A DNA stretch of 63,035 bases, counting the filler, from Asterionella formosa (lineage: Eukaryota): the NCBI GenBank assembly GCA_002256025.1. It is 28 parts of 28 records of this genome, joined end to end, with 100 filler letters (N's around TTAATTAATTAA, not from the genome) between each part and the next. Parts side by side here need not be neighbours in the genome. Positions count along the whole stretch, not along the records: positions 1 to 16,710 come from NKIB01004765.1; positions 16,811 to 17,849 come from NKIB01004768.1; positions 17,950 to 18,987 come from NKIB01004769.1; positions 19,088 to 20,125 come from NKIB01004770.1; positions 20,226 to 21,263 come from NKIB01004771.1; positions 21,364 to 22,401 come from NKIB01004772.1; positions 22,502 to 23,539 come from NKIB01004773.1; positions 23,640 to 24,677 come from NKIB01004774.1; 20 more parts are not named here. One strand, given 5' to 3'. The notes beneath the pieces were generated by a model. It was not told the origin of the DNA and ran no database searches. It saw only the letters and a program-made list of their open reading frames with translations. The position numbers were made by a program, and so were the translations under genes. Below, one piece after another: positions 12,801-25,129 of this stretch. Numbering within the stretch: the first letter of the stretch is position 1; the number at the start of each line of letters is the position of its first letter.

Positions 12801-14770
12801 ATGCAATGCTCAACGATGCTCAACGAGTACCAACGTTGTTTTATTTCCAATCTGGCAGGCTATTGTAATCTCTACAATCAACAATGACTTAATAATGTGT
12901 CTACAACATCAACTACTACTACGTGTGCTGAATTCTAGTACTGTGTGAATCTTCCTCTTGCATGTGTTATTCTTTGCCAGTTCAGATCAAAGAAATATGT
13001 CGGAGCGGAGAAAATAATAAGTGAATCGGAAATGGCGACTCTTTCGTTCATTATATGGTGAAAGCAGCATAATATTGCGGCAGAGCAGCATAATTTCGCT
13101 TTTATACTGTTGCGATGCCTAGTTGGTCAACATAGATTGTCACGAACACACATAATTATTGGTGTGATCACATAATTATTCGATAAGTGAAATAAATTTT
13201 TGTTGAACCCGAATAAATTAGGGAAAAAGTAGCATAATATTTCAAAAAAGTAACATAATATTTTAAAAAAGTAGCATAAATACGTCACTTTAGACATATA
13301 TTCGAAAAAGTGCCGTAAACGGTGTCTTAGATGTGCGCTTTCCTACCTTTCTACTCAGAGTTCGTATCACAAGCTACGTATCAATATTCAGTTAGAGGTA
13401 GTCGATAGTGGACGAGCAGTCTGGCGATAACGCTGGCTCAGAATGCAATGGAATGATCAGGGTTGTTTGGTGGGAGGAACAACTGTGGGCGGAAGCACGC
13501 ACTCCTGCTACTTGTGTCAGGCTACTACAGCTATGTGCATGGTTGCATCAACAAGATGGTCTACACTTCATAACGATGCAGATCTCAATTGGCTTCAGCT
13601 TTTTTCCACTTTTCTGTATTATTTCGCTCTTCGATTGTGTGATAGAAAGTCAATGTTGCCTCGTGTGTAAGTAGTACTACAATTCATACATCCACTGAAA
13701 CTCATATTTTTTTACTTCATTTCTAACCCAAAACAACTATTTTATATTTCTCTTTTGATGCTACTTCTTACATTGTATATATCATACTACTTTGGTTACT
13801 CCAAACACCATGTTCAATTTTCATTGATTTTGCATCATGTTACTATCATTCTTGTGTGTTTGACGCTTGTTTTACCATTTCTATGCATATTACCATTATT
13901 CTGGCTGTCATTCTAGAATCGGTTATTTCAATGCCGAAAAATTCGATGTGCCCCATATTGCCCATAAATAAAAATTATATAAGAAATACTTAGAGCCTAA
14001 AAATTACTTTGAAGTACTCAAGTGGCAAGAAAATAGCTGGAACAGGAATTGCTAAAACACCAAGCCATTCCCTGAAAGTCAATATATCTTTGATTCCATT
14101 TCTACAAATAATATTGTGATTAGTTTGTCCTCCTCAAAATGATTTTATCAGGAGATTGCTTGATGTTGCTTGTTGATAGCACACCATGCTGGGATGCACA
14201 GGCCCATCAGCCCCCCCCCCCTCCCTGGCAATAGCATCCTCGAAACAAATATATCTCTATCTCTATATTAACTTCACCATTACGGTTGATGGAATGGGCA
14301 AGCATTGCTTGTTGCAATGATCTAGGTTCTTTTCTTGTTGTGATGCTGTTTGAAGGATGACTACATGATTTTCAAAAGGAACACCCACCATGACATCAAC
14401 TGAAAAGACCTTTTTAGCTAGGATTAGATCAGACTTGAAGGAATGATCTGCTACCTCAATTGACAGTTTGTACCGTTGGTTTAATTTCATTTTAAAAAGG
14501 CAGTGGTTTGCTTTTTTAGGGGTACAAGGCCCCTCAAAGTATGTTGGAACATTAACGAACAGATATTTTAATTTAGTTATCTTTTCGTATTTCGCTACAT
14601 TAATTTTCTCCCTGTATTGCCCTAGTATCCGAATCGGAACCCTCAAGCAAAAAGTGCATTGTATCATCCTGAACCTACATATGATCTGAGAGTGATCGAT
14701 GTCGTCGCGGTGCATCTATCTTCGGAGTTCTCTTAGGTACCGGTAGACTAGTTCATCATTCGAATCAAAC

Positions 14771-15397
14771 ATGGTTCGATTCCCTTCGCCATTCAAGCTT
14801 TCCTTGCTTGGCTTACTTTTGAGCATTTATGCCGTCTACGTTGAACACAAAACGTCTCACAGAGGAGACGACGAGGAAGCGTTTTCCGCCCTTTGCGACA
14901 TTTCTTCCATTGGAGCTAGCTGCAGGCAAGTCGAGTTTCAGCATTATTATATACATTCAGTATAGGAATACATTAGAGCAATGTGTCTGTTTGCTTGCAT
15001 GTTTATCGTTGCTAACTAGTTACAGTTACCTCTTCCTATGCTTGGTACTCTACATTACAGTTCCGTCTTTGCCTTGCCAGAAGGCCACCTCGTCAGTTAC
15101 TTTGGACTAGTACCACCAGGCCACTGGCTCGACATCCCCAATGCCTTGATCGGTTGTGTCTACTACACTTATAGACTTCTTGGGGACTTCATATTCCCAG
15201 TAGCATTGACGCAATTTGCTGCCAGCTGTGCATTGACTGCCAGCCTTTACTTGGCCTATCAGTTAACAATTCTGCAAGAATTGTGTTTGTTGTGTTGGAC
15301 GACTCATGTTCTGAATTTGGTGTTGTGGGTTGATGCCATCTTTCGGTTACGGAAAAATACACGAGCACGAAATAGCAGCAAGGCAAAGCATGGTTGA
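14771..15397 (+). CDS. VKORC1: Vitamin K epoxide reductase (VKORC1-like), 163 aa, exons 14771-14925 and 15061-15397
   Basis: LLGLLLSIYAVYVE..ALCD..ASCSSVF..PNALIG..SLYLAY..CLLC (CxxC active site). Splicing AG|GCAAGT to TACAG|T restores the frame; branch-like gctaac at ~15011. Confidence 0.9.
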
Positions 15398-15508
15398 AAA
15401 GCTAAAATCTGTAAAGTGTATTATGGTTTCTGGTCAAATAGCGCCAATGATAACTACGATTTGTTGTAAATCTCTGAAAACTCCAAAACTTGTGCGACGA
15501 GTCTGACA

Positions 15509-16135
15509 TCAAGCCTGTTCACTCGTCACCACCTCTGTTTTTTCCAAGTCACTCGCTGCCTCCATTTTCTCAGCCTCTTCAAACCACGGGGCCACCCCCG
15601 CCTCTTCAGGATCTACCCCTAATCGTCGCGCCTGCCATTGCCCATCAACTTCCGCCGCCGACACATAGGACCACGATCGTACTGTCCCTTGCAAGTAGTA
15701 ATAATCCTCCGCCACTCCAGCCCAAATGCTCTTGCCCCATAAGTAGTTCTTACTCATGCTTACATATTGCGATGCAGCGTCAACGCTCCAGACTCCTTCC
15801 GACATGTCGCCCCACACGCACTTGTTTTTGCCCTTGTCATCTCGAATCAGACGGACCCATGTTTCCTTGATTTCCTTGGGCCTTCGGTTGAAATTCGTTC
15901 CGACGAGCCATTCACTCCCCACAAAGTCCGCTTCGGAGAGGTTGTCGTACTCTACATATTCATATTCGCCGTCGTTGTCTTCATCGGCTGCAAGGGCGGT
16001 AGATGCCATGCGTAGGGAGGATTCTATCCCTGGAGTACCAGTACTTCGTGTCGTTGGAGGCGCCAGAGTAAGAATCCATGCTTCAATCAAACAAGGCAGT
16101 GATAGAAACACGGCACATAGGAGTGTGGCCTTCAT
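15509..16135 (-). CDS. Unknown protein (208 aa) with signal peptide and likely plastid transit peptide
   Basis: Uninterrupted ORF from MKATLLCAVFLSLPCLIEA-W, then an S/T/R-rich segment and a Trp-rich globular region; coding-like composition; convergent with VKORC1. Confidence 0.8.
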   Translation of the reverse strand: MKATLLCAVFLSLPCLIEAWILTLAPPTTRSTGTPGIESSLRMASTALAADEDNDGEYEYVEYDNLSEADFVGSEWLVGTNFNRRPKEIKETWVRLIRDDKGKNKCVWGDMSEGVWSVDAASQYVSMSKNYLWGKSIWAGVAEDYYYLQGTVRSWSYVSAAEVDGQWQARRLGVDPEEAGVAPWFEEAEKMEAASDLEKTEVVTSEQA

Positions 16136-16710
16136 TATCCCGGTAGGATATGCGTTGATGTGATTGATTGCTAGAGCGATTTGTTGGATTGGTTCTGACA
16201 ATGGTGGATTAAGTTATATAATTTCAATCAAAACCACAAATAAATTATTATATTATATGTTAATTTATATTGATTGTGATTGAAGAATGGCTGATGATTC
16301 TTTACATGCAATATTTATGAATTTCATATTTCATGAGATATATATATACCGGTATGTGTAAAGCCATACGCAAATAAAAATCAAATGCATAAGAAACGAT
16401 CCATATGTTCTACCTACTCCATCATCGTTTATTCCGCTTCCGGTATGTAGCCGTGACCCGAAATATTACTCATACCGGTATCATATAACGTACTCAGCAT
16501 GCATTGACTTGAGAGAGCGAAGGGGGGACCAGGTACCAGTACCTTGTGGTGCCAGGGGAACCAGGTACATGGTACCCTGGTACCGGTACCGGTATTTCCT
16601 TTCGCTTCGCTTGCTTCTTTGTGACAACACAAGTCCACGTGGAGGACGTGAGAAATCACGGGAACGAACAATAAGAATACCGGTATACTACCGTACTCGT
16701 ACATTCATCT

Positions 16711-16810
16711 NNNNNNNNNNNNNNNNNNNNNNNNNNNNNNNNNNNNNNNNNNNNTTAATTAATTAANNNNNNNNNNNNNNNNNNNNNNNNNNNNNNNNNN
16801 NNNNNNNNNN
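16711..16810. other. Artificial contig spacer N44-TTAATTAATTAA-N44 (first of 27)
   Basis: Identical 100-nt spacers start at 16711, 17850, 18988, 20126, 21264, 22402, 23540, 24678, 41446, 42583, 43720, 44857, 45994, 47131, 48268, 49405, 50541, 51677, 52813, 53949, 55085, 56221, 57357, 58492, 59628, 60764 and 61900. The 12-mer gives stops in all six frames. Confidence 0.99.
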
Positions 16811-17849
16811 TGGTTGTTGAGGATACCGGTATGTGATATGCATCAATCCATCATGTCACAAATCATATTATAGTGATGTACATATCAACGCATCCGTATA
16901 CTTAGATCCTATCCACTGTATAATACTATCATATTAACTGTTGACTTTAACTGTATACATTAAACGACATACACATATATTAATTAACATACTTTATGAT
17001 TGCTTGATTTATTTTCTATGATGTCTTGGTAACACTTGCGTATATATTTTATCGTATTTTATTGTCATTGTACTATTTTTACATGATCATATTTGATCAA
17101 AATTATATCATATACATTTCATAAAATCATCATAATTTTAGGATCAATGTATCATAGCTATGTGATGTACTTTAATCAATATTACGTATCATACTTTGGT
17201 GATGTATGCATCGATGTAACCTTATCATGATATCACAGTATCATCTTATCAATCATAATGAGATGATTGGGAAGCAACTGTATTCTGCATCGTGCTACAG
17301 GGTATATTATTATATCACGCAATTTAGTAGCGAAGTCACTCCGCCTGCAATGTACAAAAGTCGACAGTGGACATACCGGTACTCAAACGCTAATCAGGTT
17401 TGAGGCAACGGACAGTGGTTCCAACGAGCGAATGATGATACCACGGGTATCAATTTTTCCAACGAAAGAACTTGTCTCTCTATTGATGAGGATGACACGG
17501 ACACGGACACCGACTTTTCCAGGAGCAAACAACAATGAAGAGACCTACTTGTCGCTCTATTGATGGTAACAAAGATGCGGACAAGTTCAACAGTGAATAC
17601 AAGAACAACATACCAATGAAAACAAGTTGACAGTGGCTGTGTGTACGCAAACGCCAAGCAGGTTTGAAGCAACGGACAATTCCAACAAGCAAATGACGAT
17701 ACAGATATCAAATTCTTCCTAAGAGCAAACAACAATGAAAAGAGCCACTTGCTTTCGCTCTCTTGCTTGATGGTATCAAAGATGCGGACAAGTTCAATAG
17801 TTAATTCAAGTACAGTATGCCAAATGCAGAAACGAGCGAGCGATATGAA
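16811..17849 (+). mobile_element. Second copy of the family A right subterminal region
   Basis: Co-linear with ~35339-36362 at high identity. Confidence 0.92.
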
Positions 17850-18157
17850 NNNNNNNNNNNNNNNNNNNNNNNNNNNNNNNNNNNNNNNNNNNNTTAATTA
17901 ATTAANNNNNNNNNNNNNNNNNNNNNNNNNNNNNNNNNNNNNNNNNNNNCTCTCTCATTTTTCACAAGACGGAAATAATTGTCATATTAATACATCTTAG
18001 AAAAATGTGCGCTATCCTGTAGAACTAAAGAAATTTACTTAGGTCCATTATAAGGGAAATCTCTTCATTGTCCTGGCCCCCCTTAAGTAAAATCAGTCAA
18101 ATTCAGTCACGGCAGTGTACATTGGGGGGTCCAGGACAATGAAGTATACGGTAGTTA

Positions 18158-18500
18158 TTTCAAGTACAGTATGCCAAATGCAGAAACGAGCGAGCGATAT
18201 GAAAATGAAATGCGTTCTAATCAGAATCATTCTATAACTATAGCTATGTGGACAGTAGTCTGTTACGCACATTTTCGTATCTCCTTCTATGCTGAATCTC
18301 AATAGTAGATGTAGTATCATGTGAGAATTGAAAATTTCAACGAGAACAAGTAGAATGTGTTTGTTTACGGGTTGATTGGCGAGATTGTCATGCTGAAGTG
18401 GACGAAACGGATATACTTTGTGCGCTGTGTGCGGAAACATTACGAGTTCGAATGGTTTCTTCTCTCCTGTAAACTCTTAATTGAATGATTATGAACGGGT
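18158..18500 (+). mobile_element. Family A right-subterminal fragment
   Basis: Matches ~36318-36652 (ttcaagtacagtatgccaaatgcagaaacgagcgagcg...gattatgaac). Confidence 0.88.
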
Positions 18501-18647
18501 TGCCTACCACTGGCTAGTAGTACATTTACCTAGTACCGGTAATAACCTACATAACATGAAAACTGGGAAGAGGGAGCTTTTTTACCGGTAAGTGTGAGTT
18601 CTTCATGTGATGTGTACAACCGTAAAACTTTGATCTCAGATGGATGA

Positions 18648-18987
18648 CATTAGACACCACAAATATCCTTACTATTTCATTAAGTAAAATGCGTGTTGCG
18701 AATGTATTAATTAGCCTCAAGAGCAGGATCTTAGTTGAACTTTCAAATGAATTATTTGAAACATCAACTAATTCAGTCTCGCGTTCAAAATTCATTGTGA
18801 AAACTTCACATGAAACAGTTAAAACTTCACATGAAACCGTTAAAAGTAACCTTTTTTACGTGAAGAGTGGCATTAATGCATGTGAAGTACCACATAATTA
18901 ACACTCGTACGTAGACGAAATTTCGAAAAGTCAAATGAATTATTTCAAACATCAACTAATTCAGTCTCGCGTTCAAAATTCATTGTG
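18648..18987 (+). mobile_element. Family C subterminal fragment with aaaacttcacatg repeats
   Basis: Matches 23640-23940; tandem aaaacttcacatgaaac units and an internal duplication. Confidence 0.8.
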
Positions 18988-19087
18988 NNNNNNNNNNNNN
19001 NNNNNNNNNNNNNNNNNNNNNNNNNNNNNNNTTAATTAATTAANNNNNNNNNNNNNNNNNNNNNNNNNNNNNNNNNNNNNNNNNNNN

Positions 19088-20125
19088 TCAGTTACCCTGG
19101 AACCACTCATCTTTGTTGCCTCTGTATGCTCTTCAGCTAGCTCATTATTGATCTCATCACACATTTCAATGTCGTGTGTTGCGTCAAGTGGATCAAAGTC
19201 GAACTGAACATCATCGGTGTTGGATGGTGGATTTTTTGATATGTTGTTGTTGTCTACTTCTGTTGTAGTGCATTGCTTGTTGTCTACTTCTGTTGTAGTG
19301 CATTGCTTGTTGTATACTTCTGTTGTAGTGCATTGCTCCTCTTTCCCCCCCTGCTCCTCTAGACCCTTTGATGTTTCAATGATCTGAGGAGTAGGAGCAA
19401 AATGAACAATGATCTGAGGAGTAGGAGCAAAATGAACTAGACGAATAAGATTGTGATCCTCTGGTTCATCTAGAGGTTCAGGAATAATGTCCCGGATCTT
19501 GAGCTCTGCCTGGTTCTGGTTTTGGTTGTGTGTGGGACAGAATGGATTTCTTTTGTGATGTTTTCCTGGCTTGTTTTGATCCACAATGTGCCAGACTGAG
19601 TTTGAGAGTTATCAGTCAACAAAATGTTGGGAGCTCCAACCTCACTTACAAAATCCTGGTATGCTCCATGTGAATGTGCCTCTCTAAACATACAACGTGC
19701 AAACAGAAATTGCGATGGAATATGAATGAAGAGTTGCACACATGAGTAGTTCCGGATGGACTTGATAGATGAGAAAAACGTATCCGAATCTGTCCTGCCA
19801 TCAAGTCGATTAGGATGAAGAGGAATTAGACGCTTCTTTCGATGCTGTCTGGGTGCTTCTCTATTCTCCATTTCAACTGTCTGGGTGCAGAGCTGTGTTG
19901 TTGCTTCGAGTGTCTTCTTGGTTACAATCTCAGTTGAATTTCCAAGACGTTTCTCCCATAGAGTTGGCTCCTCTTTAACAATGCTTCCGCGTCCCCTTCT
20001 AGATGACTGCTTCAACAACTCAGATGAGTTGCTGGGAATTCGTGGTGTCAACCAATGAATTGTGTGGGAGTTTGCTTCTTCGATTGTAGGTAGGCGAACA
20101 TTGAATGTAAGAAGTTTTTCATCAT
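19088..20125 (-). mobile_element. Diatom-type Copia integrase fragment with 30-bp tandem repeats
   Basis: DSDTFFSSIKSIRNYSCVQLF..FVSEVGAPNILLTDN..QNQAE (integrase D,D,E). 30-bp repeats at ~19246-19337 (x3) and ~19377-19437 (x2). Confidence 0.8.
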
Positions 20126-20225
20126 NNNNNNNNNNNNNNNNNNNNNNNNNNNNNNNNNNNNNNNNNNNNTTAATTAATTAANNNNNNNNNNNNNNNNNNN
20201 NNNNNNNNNNNNNNNNNNNNNNNNN

Positions 20226-21068
20226 GATGGTGAAGAAAGGTTTTAGAGTCAGGTTCCACAGTACGTATTTTGTACATTGTATACCTAGGGCGGTCGTTTT
20301 GAGAAAAGGTTCATGAAGGACATTGTCAGTACATGCGAGATGTGTAGAAGTATCATCTTAAAGTTATGGATACAATAGACAATAGTCCAGCCAAATGTTT
20401 CGTCGTATAATAATGTATCACATTTGTAGTGATTTGCAGTACGGGCCTGCCTACTGTTGTGAAGACTGAAACTGAAACCAAAACCGCATGCTAACTCTAG
20501 CATTCGTGCTCACTCGTAAAACGGTGGGTAATAGGGAGTATCGTGCTGCATTTTCTTGCAGTGTGCCGCTGACCTTGCCGTAGTGAAAACTCGGCAGAAA
20601 GACCGCGTGGTTGCCTGTAGAGTCACAAGAACAACGGCGGTTGCAACAGCACAGCTAACACCGACAGACACTGTCCTCACAGAGCGAAAGCTTGTGTAGT
20701 TCTGTCCCGTGTTGGCGTTGTGATCGACGTATTCGTAGTGGGTCTTAGAGGTGATTGGGAGGTAAAATCTGTATCAGTGTAGGCTGTTGTCCCGAAATAT
20801 GCTGCCAAGGTGTGCCTTGCTGTTGTGGCTCGTGCATATCGAAGTAGGATGTTGGTTTACTGTTGCGCTATGCGTACCAGTATGAAAAAGGAATTCGCAC
20901 GGTGAAGGCAAGGTTTGGCGCAAGTGCAAGTAAATTGTCAAGTACTCTACTCTACGTAGTTTCGCAGTGTTTGCCGTGGTGTTTGCAGTGTTACTAATGT
21001 TATGAAATGTATTATAGAAATGTAATATAATGAATATTCATTAGACACACCGTTAAAAAACCCCATCA
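20226..21068. mobile_element. Candidate solo LTR (~840 bp)
   Basis: Non-coding stretch bounded by (T)GATGG at the contig start and CCATCA at 21068, a TG..CA inverted terminus. The TSD cannot be checked. Confidence 0.4.
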
Positions 21069-21363
21069 AGCACATAAGAAATGCGATTGATGAAAGTGAT
21101 TGTTTACTGGCATATGACCAGATCTGGTTTCCCGTGTAATGAGGCTACCAGTTGTACAGAGAGCCGCTACTTGTTCGGCGTGAAGCCCAGCGTGGTATTC
21201 TCTGTTTGGTGGTAGCCTGGGTACGCTCAAGTTGGCCTACGAACGAATATATGGTACCGGCGTNNNNNNNNNNNNNNNNNNNNNNNNNNNNNNNNNNNNN
21301 NNNNNNNTTAATTAATTAANNNNNNNNNNNNNNNNNNNNNNNNNNNNNNNNNNNNNNNNNNNN

Positions 21364-22401
21364 TCTTGATGACCAATTTGATCAATATATGTTCGTTCTG
21401 AGAATATCGATATTCGAAATGACGGCACTGATCTCGTGTACATCGAATACTATTCTGGATATAAATCGGCCTTTTATTGGTGGAGAAAGATGGTTTGGAA
21501 TTTTTGCAACCACAGCAAGCACCGAGATTTTACAAACCTTCCTGATGACCAATTTGATCAATATATGTTCATTCTGAGAATATCGATATTCGCCATGACG
21601 GTATTGCTCTCGTGGACATCGAATACTATGCTGGATAGAAATCGGCCTTAAATTGGTGGAGAAAGGAGGTTTGGAATTCTTGTTGCCACAGCACTGATGA
21701 TCAGTCCACAAGCATCCGAAAATTTACACATCCTGATGCCTCCATTGATCAATATATAGTCGTTCTGAGAATATCGACATTGTTCATGACGACTTTGATC
21801 TCGTGTACATCGAAAACTTTGCTTGATAGAAATCGGTCTTAAATTGGTGGAGAAAGATGGTTTGGGATACTGGTCATGCAGCAGTTCACAAGAACCGAAA
21901 TTTTACACATCTTGATGACCAATTTGATCAATATATGTTCGTTCTGAGAATATCGATATTCGAAATGACGGCACTGATCTCGTGTACATCGAATACTATT
22001 CTGGATATAAATCGGCCTTTTATTGGTGGAGAAAGACGGTTTGGAATTTTTGCAACCACAGCAAGCACCGAGATTTTACAAACCTTCCTGATGACCAATT
22101 TGATCAATATATGTTCATTCTGAGAATATCGATATTCGCCATGACGGTATTGCTCTCGTGGACATCGAATACTATGCTGGATAGAAATCGGCCTTAAATT
22201 GGTGGAGAAAGGAGGTTTGGAATTCTTGTTGCCACAGCACTGATGATCAGTCCACAAGCATCCGAAAATTTACACATCCTGATGCCTCCATTGATCAATA
22301 TATAGTCTTTCTGAGAATATCGACATTGTTCATGACGACTTTGATCTCGTGTACATCGAAAACTTTGCTTGATAGAAATCGGTCTTAAATTGGTGGAGAA
22401 A
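21364..22401. repeat. 546-bp higher-order repeat of three monomers (176+191+179 bp) of the ~180-bp satellite
   Basis: Sequence from 21364 recurs at 21910; about 2 mismatches seen over the 492-bp overlap. Monomers are the reverse complement of those at 10930-12350. Confidence 0.95.
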
Positions 22402-22501
22402 NNNNNNNNNNNNNNNNNNNNNNNNNNNNNNNNNNNNNNNNNNNNTTAATTAATTAANNNNNNNNNNNNNNNNNNNNNNNNNNNNNNNNNNNNNNNNNNN
22501 N

Positions 22502-23472
22502 ACCTGTCCTGTCACTCTTGGTGGGTTTTGTCCCGCCACCCGTTGGTGGAGGTTCAGGTCCTCTGCCACCTGGTGACATGTTGTAGTGAACTTCTTGGCC
22601 ATACCATCCAACCTTTCCTGGTGGTAACTGGTGGGGTTTTCAAGTGAATTTGAACACTCGATTACATCCTCCAGGTCTTCTTCCAGCGAGTCAGCTAGTG
22701 GCTGCCAATAGTTACTACTAGCCACGGTTACTTTGAGTTCCTTCTCTTCCATCACAATCCGCCGGTACAGTGATTCCGGCCGTGGTGGGGCAATCCCCAT
22801 CTCTGGGATTCTGGTAAGCCCAGGTAGGTCCGCAACAACTGGGAAGTGGTCCGAAATATCCCATGTGTCGAGGACCCTGGCAGGGGGGACAGCCGCCACT
22901 GTGTCACCACAATATGTGATGAAATCAATGGCAGGTGTTGGCTGTCCCTCCCGCCGGCTTTGGCGAGTGGAGGCCCCCCCTCGGATGGGTAACACCCGAA
23001 AGGGAAGCCGCCACGGTCCCATCAGAATCTGCAACTCCGTCATCTTCATGTTGAAGTCTCCCATCATCACAATGGGATCTTCTGGAAACTCCCGATGCAG
23101 AGCGTCCAAGGCTCGGGGCAGGGCCCTGAGCACTCGGATGCGATCCGCTCTGCATGGGACATAAATTGTTCCCACAAGAATAGGCCTCAAGATGGTGGCC
23201 CCATAGACTCTCGCAAAAGTCCAAAATGGTGTGGCCTTACCAACTGGGGTACAGTTGAATTTGGTCGACACCAGTATTGCCACACCTCGCTGCGACGCTG
23301 TCAGGTCCCCCATTGCTGTGAGGCAATGGTAACCTGGCAAACGAAGCTGCCAATCCGTTGATCGGAGCAGCGTCTCCTGCACCGCCATAACATCACACCG
23401 GGTTTGTTGCAACAGAAACCGAAGATCGGTTTTTTTCCGCTGCAGCCCGTTGATGTTAAGGGTGCCCACCAC
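22502..23472 (-). mobile_element. Non-LTR retrotransposon ORF2, APE endonuclease domain (partial, open frame)
   Basis: TLNING..AVQET..GVAIL..IYVP..GDFN..IDFI..SDHFPV, the canonical APE motifs. Near-identical copy at 62000-63035. Confidence 0.92.
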
Positions 23473-23639
23473 CAGTGGTGCCCCACAGCCATCTGGTGGT
23501 ATCGTGGGCGTTGGGGATCCGGGTGGGTTTATCTGAGCANNNNNNNNNNNNNNNNNNNNNNNNNNNNNNNNNNNNNNNNNNNNTTAATTAATTAANNNNN
23601 NNNNNNNNNNNNNNNNNNNNNNNNNNNNNNNNNNNNNNN

Positions 23640-23961
23640 ATTAGACACCACAAATATTCTTACTATTTTATTAAGTAAAATGTTTGTTGTGAATGTATTA
23701 GCCTCAAGAGCAGGATCTTAGTTGAACTTTCAAATGAATTATTTGAAACATCAACTAATTCAGTCTCGCGTTCAAAATTCATTGTGAAAACTTCACATGA
23801 AACAGTTAAAACTTCACATGCAACCGTTAAAACTTCACATGAAAACGTTAAAAGTAATCTTTTTTACGTGAAGAGTGGCATTAATGCATGTGAAGTACCA
23901 CATAATTAACACTCATATGTAGACGGAATTTCGAAAAGTGGCGTTTTTCGTGGCTTAGATG
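23640..23961 (+). mobile_element. Family C end (…GGCTTAGATG) inserted into a Copia gag
   Basis: Reverse complement starts CATCTAAGCCACG, matching CATCTAAGCCGCG at 40932. The adjacent gag reads VQLGY| then TE, whereas its paralog at ~42330 reads VQLGYCWTHG. Confidence 0.8.
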
Positions 23962-24677
23962 AATAGCCTAATTGGACATTGTTGTAAGTGTATCCAGAAG
24001 GGACAGCATGAGCAGCTGCAGCAATACCTGGCAATGGGGGAGGGCCACTGGTTTGAATGGCAGCATGGGCACCATGATAACCGGCAGTGGTGGCGGTGGC
24101 AAGGCGCAATCGTTCCTTATCAGCATGCATGAAATGTGGGCAAAATTTAACCCATGTACGGTCCAGCTCAGCGCGATCACGCCAAGTTTGAATGCTATGA
24201 GAATATACACCAGCCTGTTCTAAAGCAGAAAGAGTCAATCGCATGACAGTACTGTCAGAGAAAGGTTCCCCACCAGCATCAGCAATGGCACGAAGATGTT
24301 TGATGCGGATCCATAAATGCTCAATAGGTTCCTCTGGTGTCCAAGCATCGGCCAAGCGCATGCGATTGAGTTCCAAATCATCCGCACTCAATGTTGCATA
24401 TGTAGATTCTAAGTGAGCAAGTAAGGTCAGAACAGTGATGTCTGCATGTAGATTCTAAGTGAGCAAGTAAGGTCAGAACAGTGATGTCTGCATATCCAAA
24501 TGTAGCATCTTCCAGAACGTTGTAGTAGGTTGGGTCAATGGCTGTTAGAATTTGTTGTCGGAGAATTTCACGGATTTGGGAGTAACGGCGGAATGCGTCA
24601 AGGGAGGTGTCAAAGAGACGGTTGGCAGCAGTGATTTGGGACTGTGTTGCAGTAGCACTGTGTGTCGGCTGGATGCC
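23962..24677 (-). mobile_element. Copia gag fragment with a frameshifting 46-bp tandem duplication (24400-24491)
   Basis: LELNRMRLADAWTPEEPIEHLWIRI..WRDR..TWVKFCPHF; homologous to 42121-42582. Confidence 0.8.
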
Positions 24678-24777
24678 NNNNNNNNNNNNNNNNNNNNNNN
24701 NNNNNNNNNNNNNNNNNNNNNTTAATTAATTAANNNNNNNNNNNNNNNNNNNNNNNNNNNNNNNNNNNNNNNNNNNN

Positions 24778-25074
24778 ACAATAATTGCGGTTGTCGATAC
24801 AGAAATTATATGATCGGCCATAAAAAAATATTGTTAGTTTGCCCCAAAATTTATGTGGGTTTATAAAAAATTTAGGAAGTTGTCGAAAATATCTTAGTTC
24901 ACTCCTATCATATATATTCTATGATGCATCACATTTTATATTTTATATCATACCCTTAAATTATGTATATAGCCCAATTTGTCATAGTGGGCCACCCAAA
25001 ATTTTAATTTGGGTGATCATATTTGACTAGCGTTTTTTTTGTGGTGGCTGTACCAATAATCGGCGTTGTAGATG
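24778..25074 (-). mobile_element. Family B left end (second copy)
   Basis: Reverse complement of ~8779-9050; ends CGGCGTTGTAGATG|aaag. Confidence 0.88.
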
Positions 25075-25129
25075 AAAGTAAGGTTTTTACTAATAATGAC
25101 TTGTAATTGTTTATTGAATTTTTTCATAC

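Larger units (their letters stand above)
8779..13333. mobile_element. Non-autonomous DNA transposon (family B) with CATCTA termini, TG 2-bp TSD and internal tandem arrays
   Basis: Left aatg|CATCTACAACGCCGATTAC; right end reverse complement CATCTAAGACACCGTTTAC, followed by tg. Independent copies stop at the same bases: 25074 (left end) and 48142 (right end), with different flanks. Confidence 0.85.

Noticed and set aside
13900..14715. ORF 14263-14715 as a gene or transposase
   Set aside because: No recognisable motifs, AT-rich, with a non-ATG or weak start.
16711..16810. Regularly spaced TTAATTAATTAA palindromes
   Set aside because: Artificial six-frame-stop spacers. Adjacency across them has no biological meaning, and ORFs running into X residues are artefacts.
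21364..22401. CRISPR-like array or repeat-protein gene (ORFs 21382-21711, 21928-22257, 11296-11634, 60973-61179)
   Set aside because: No constant short repeat with unique spacers and no cas genes. Monomer lengths of 176, 191 and 179 bp are not multiples of three, so frames are not preserved.
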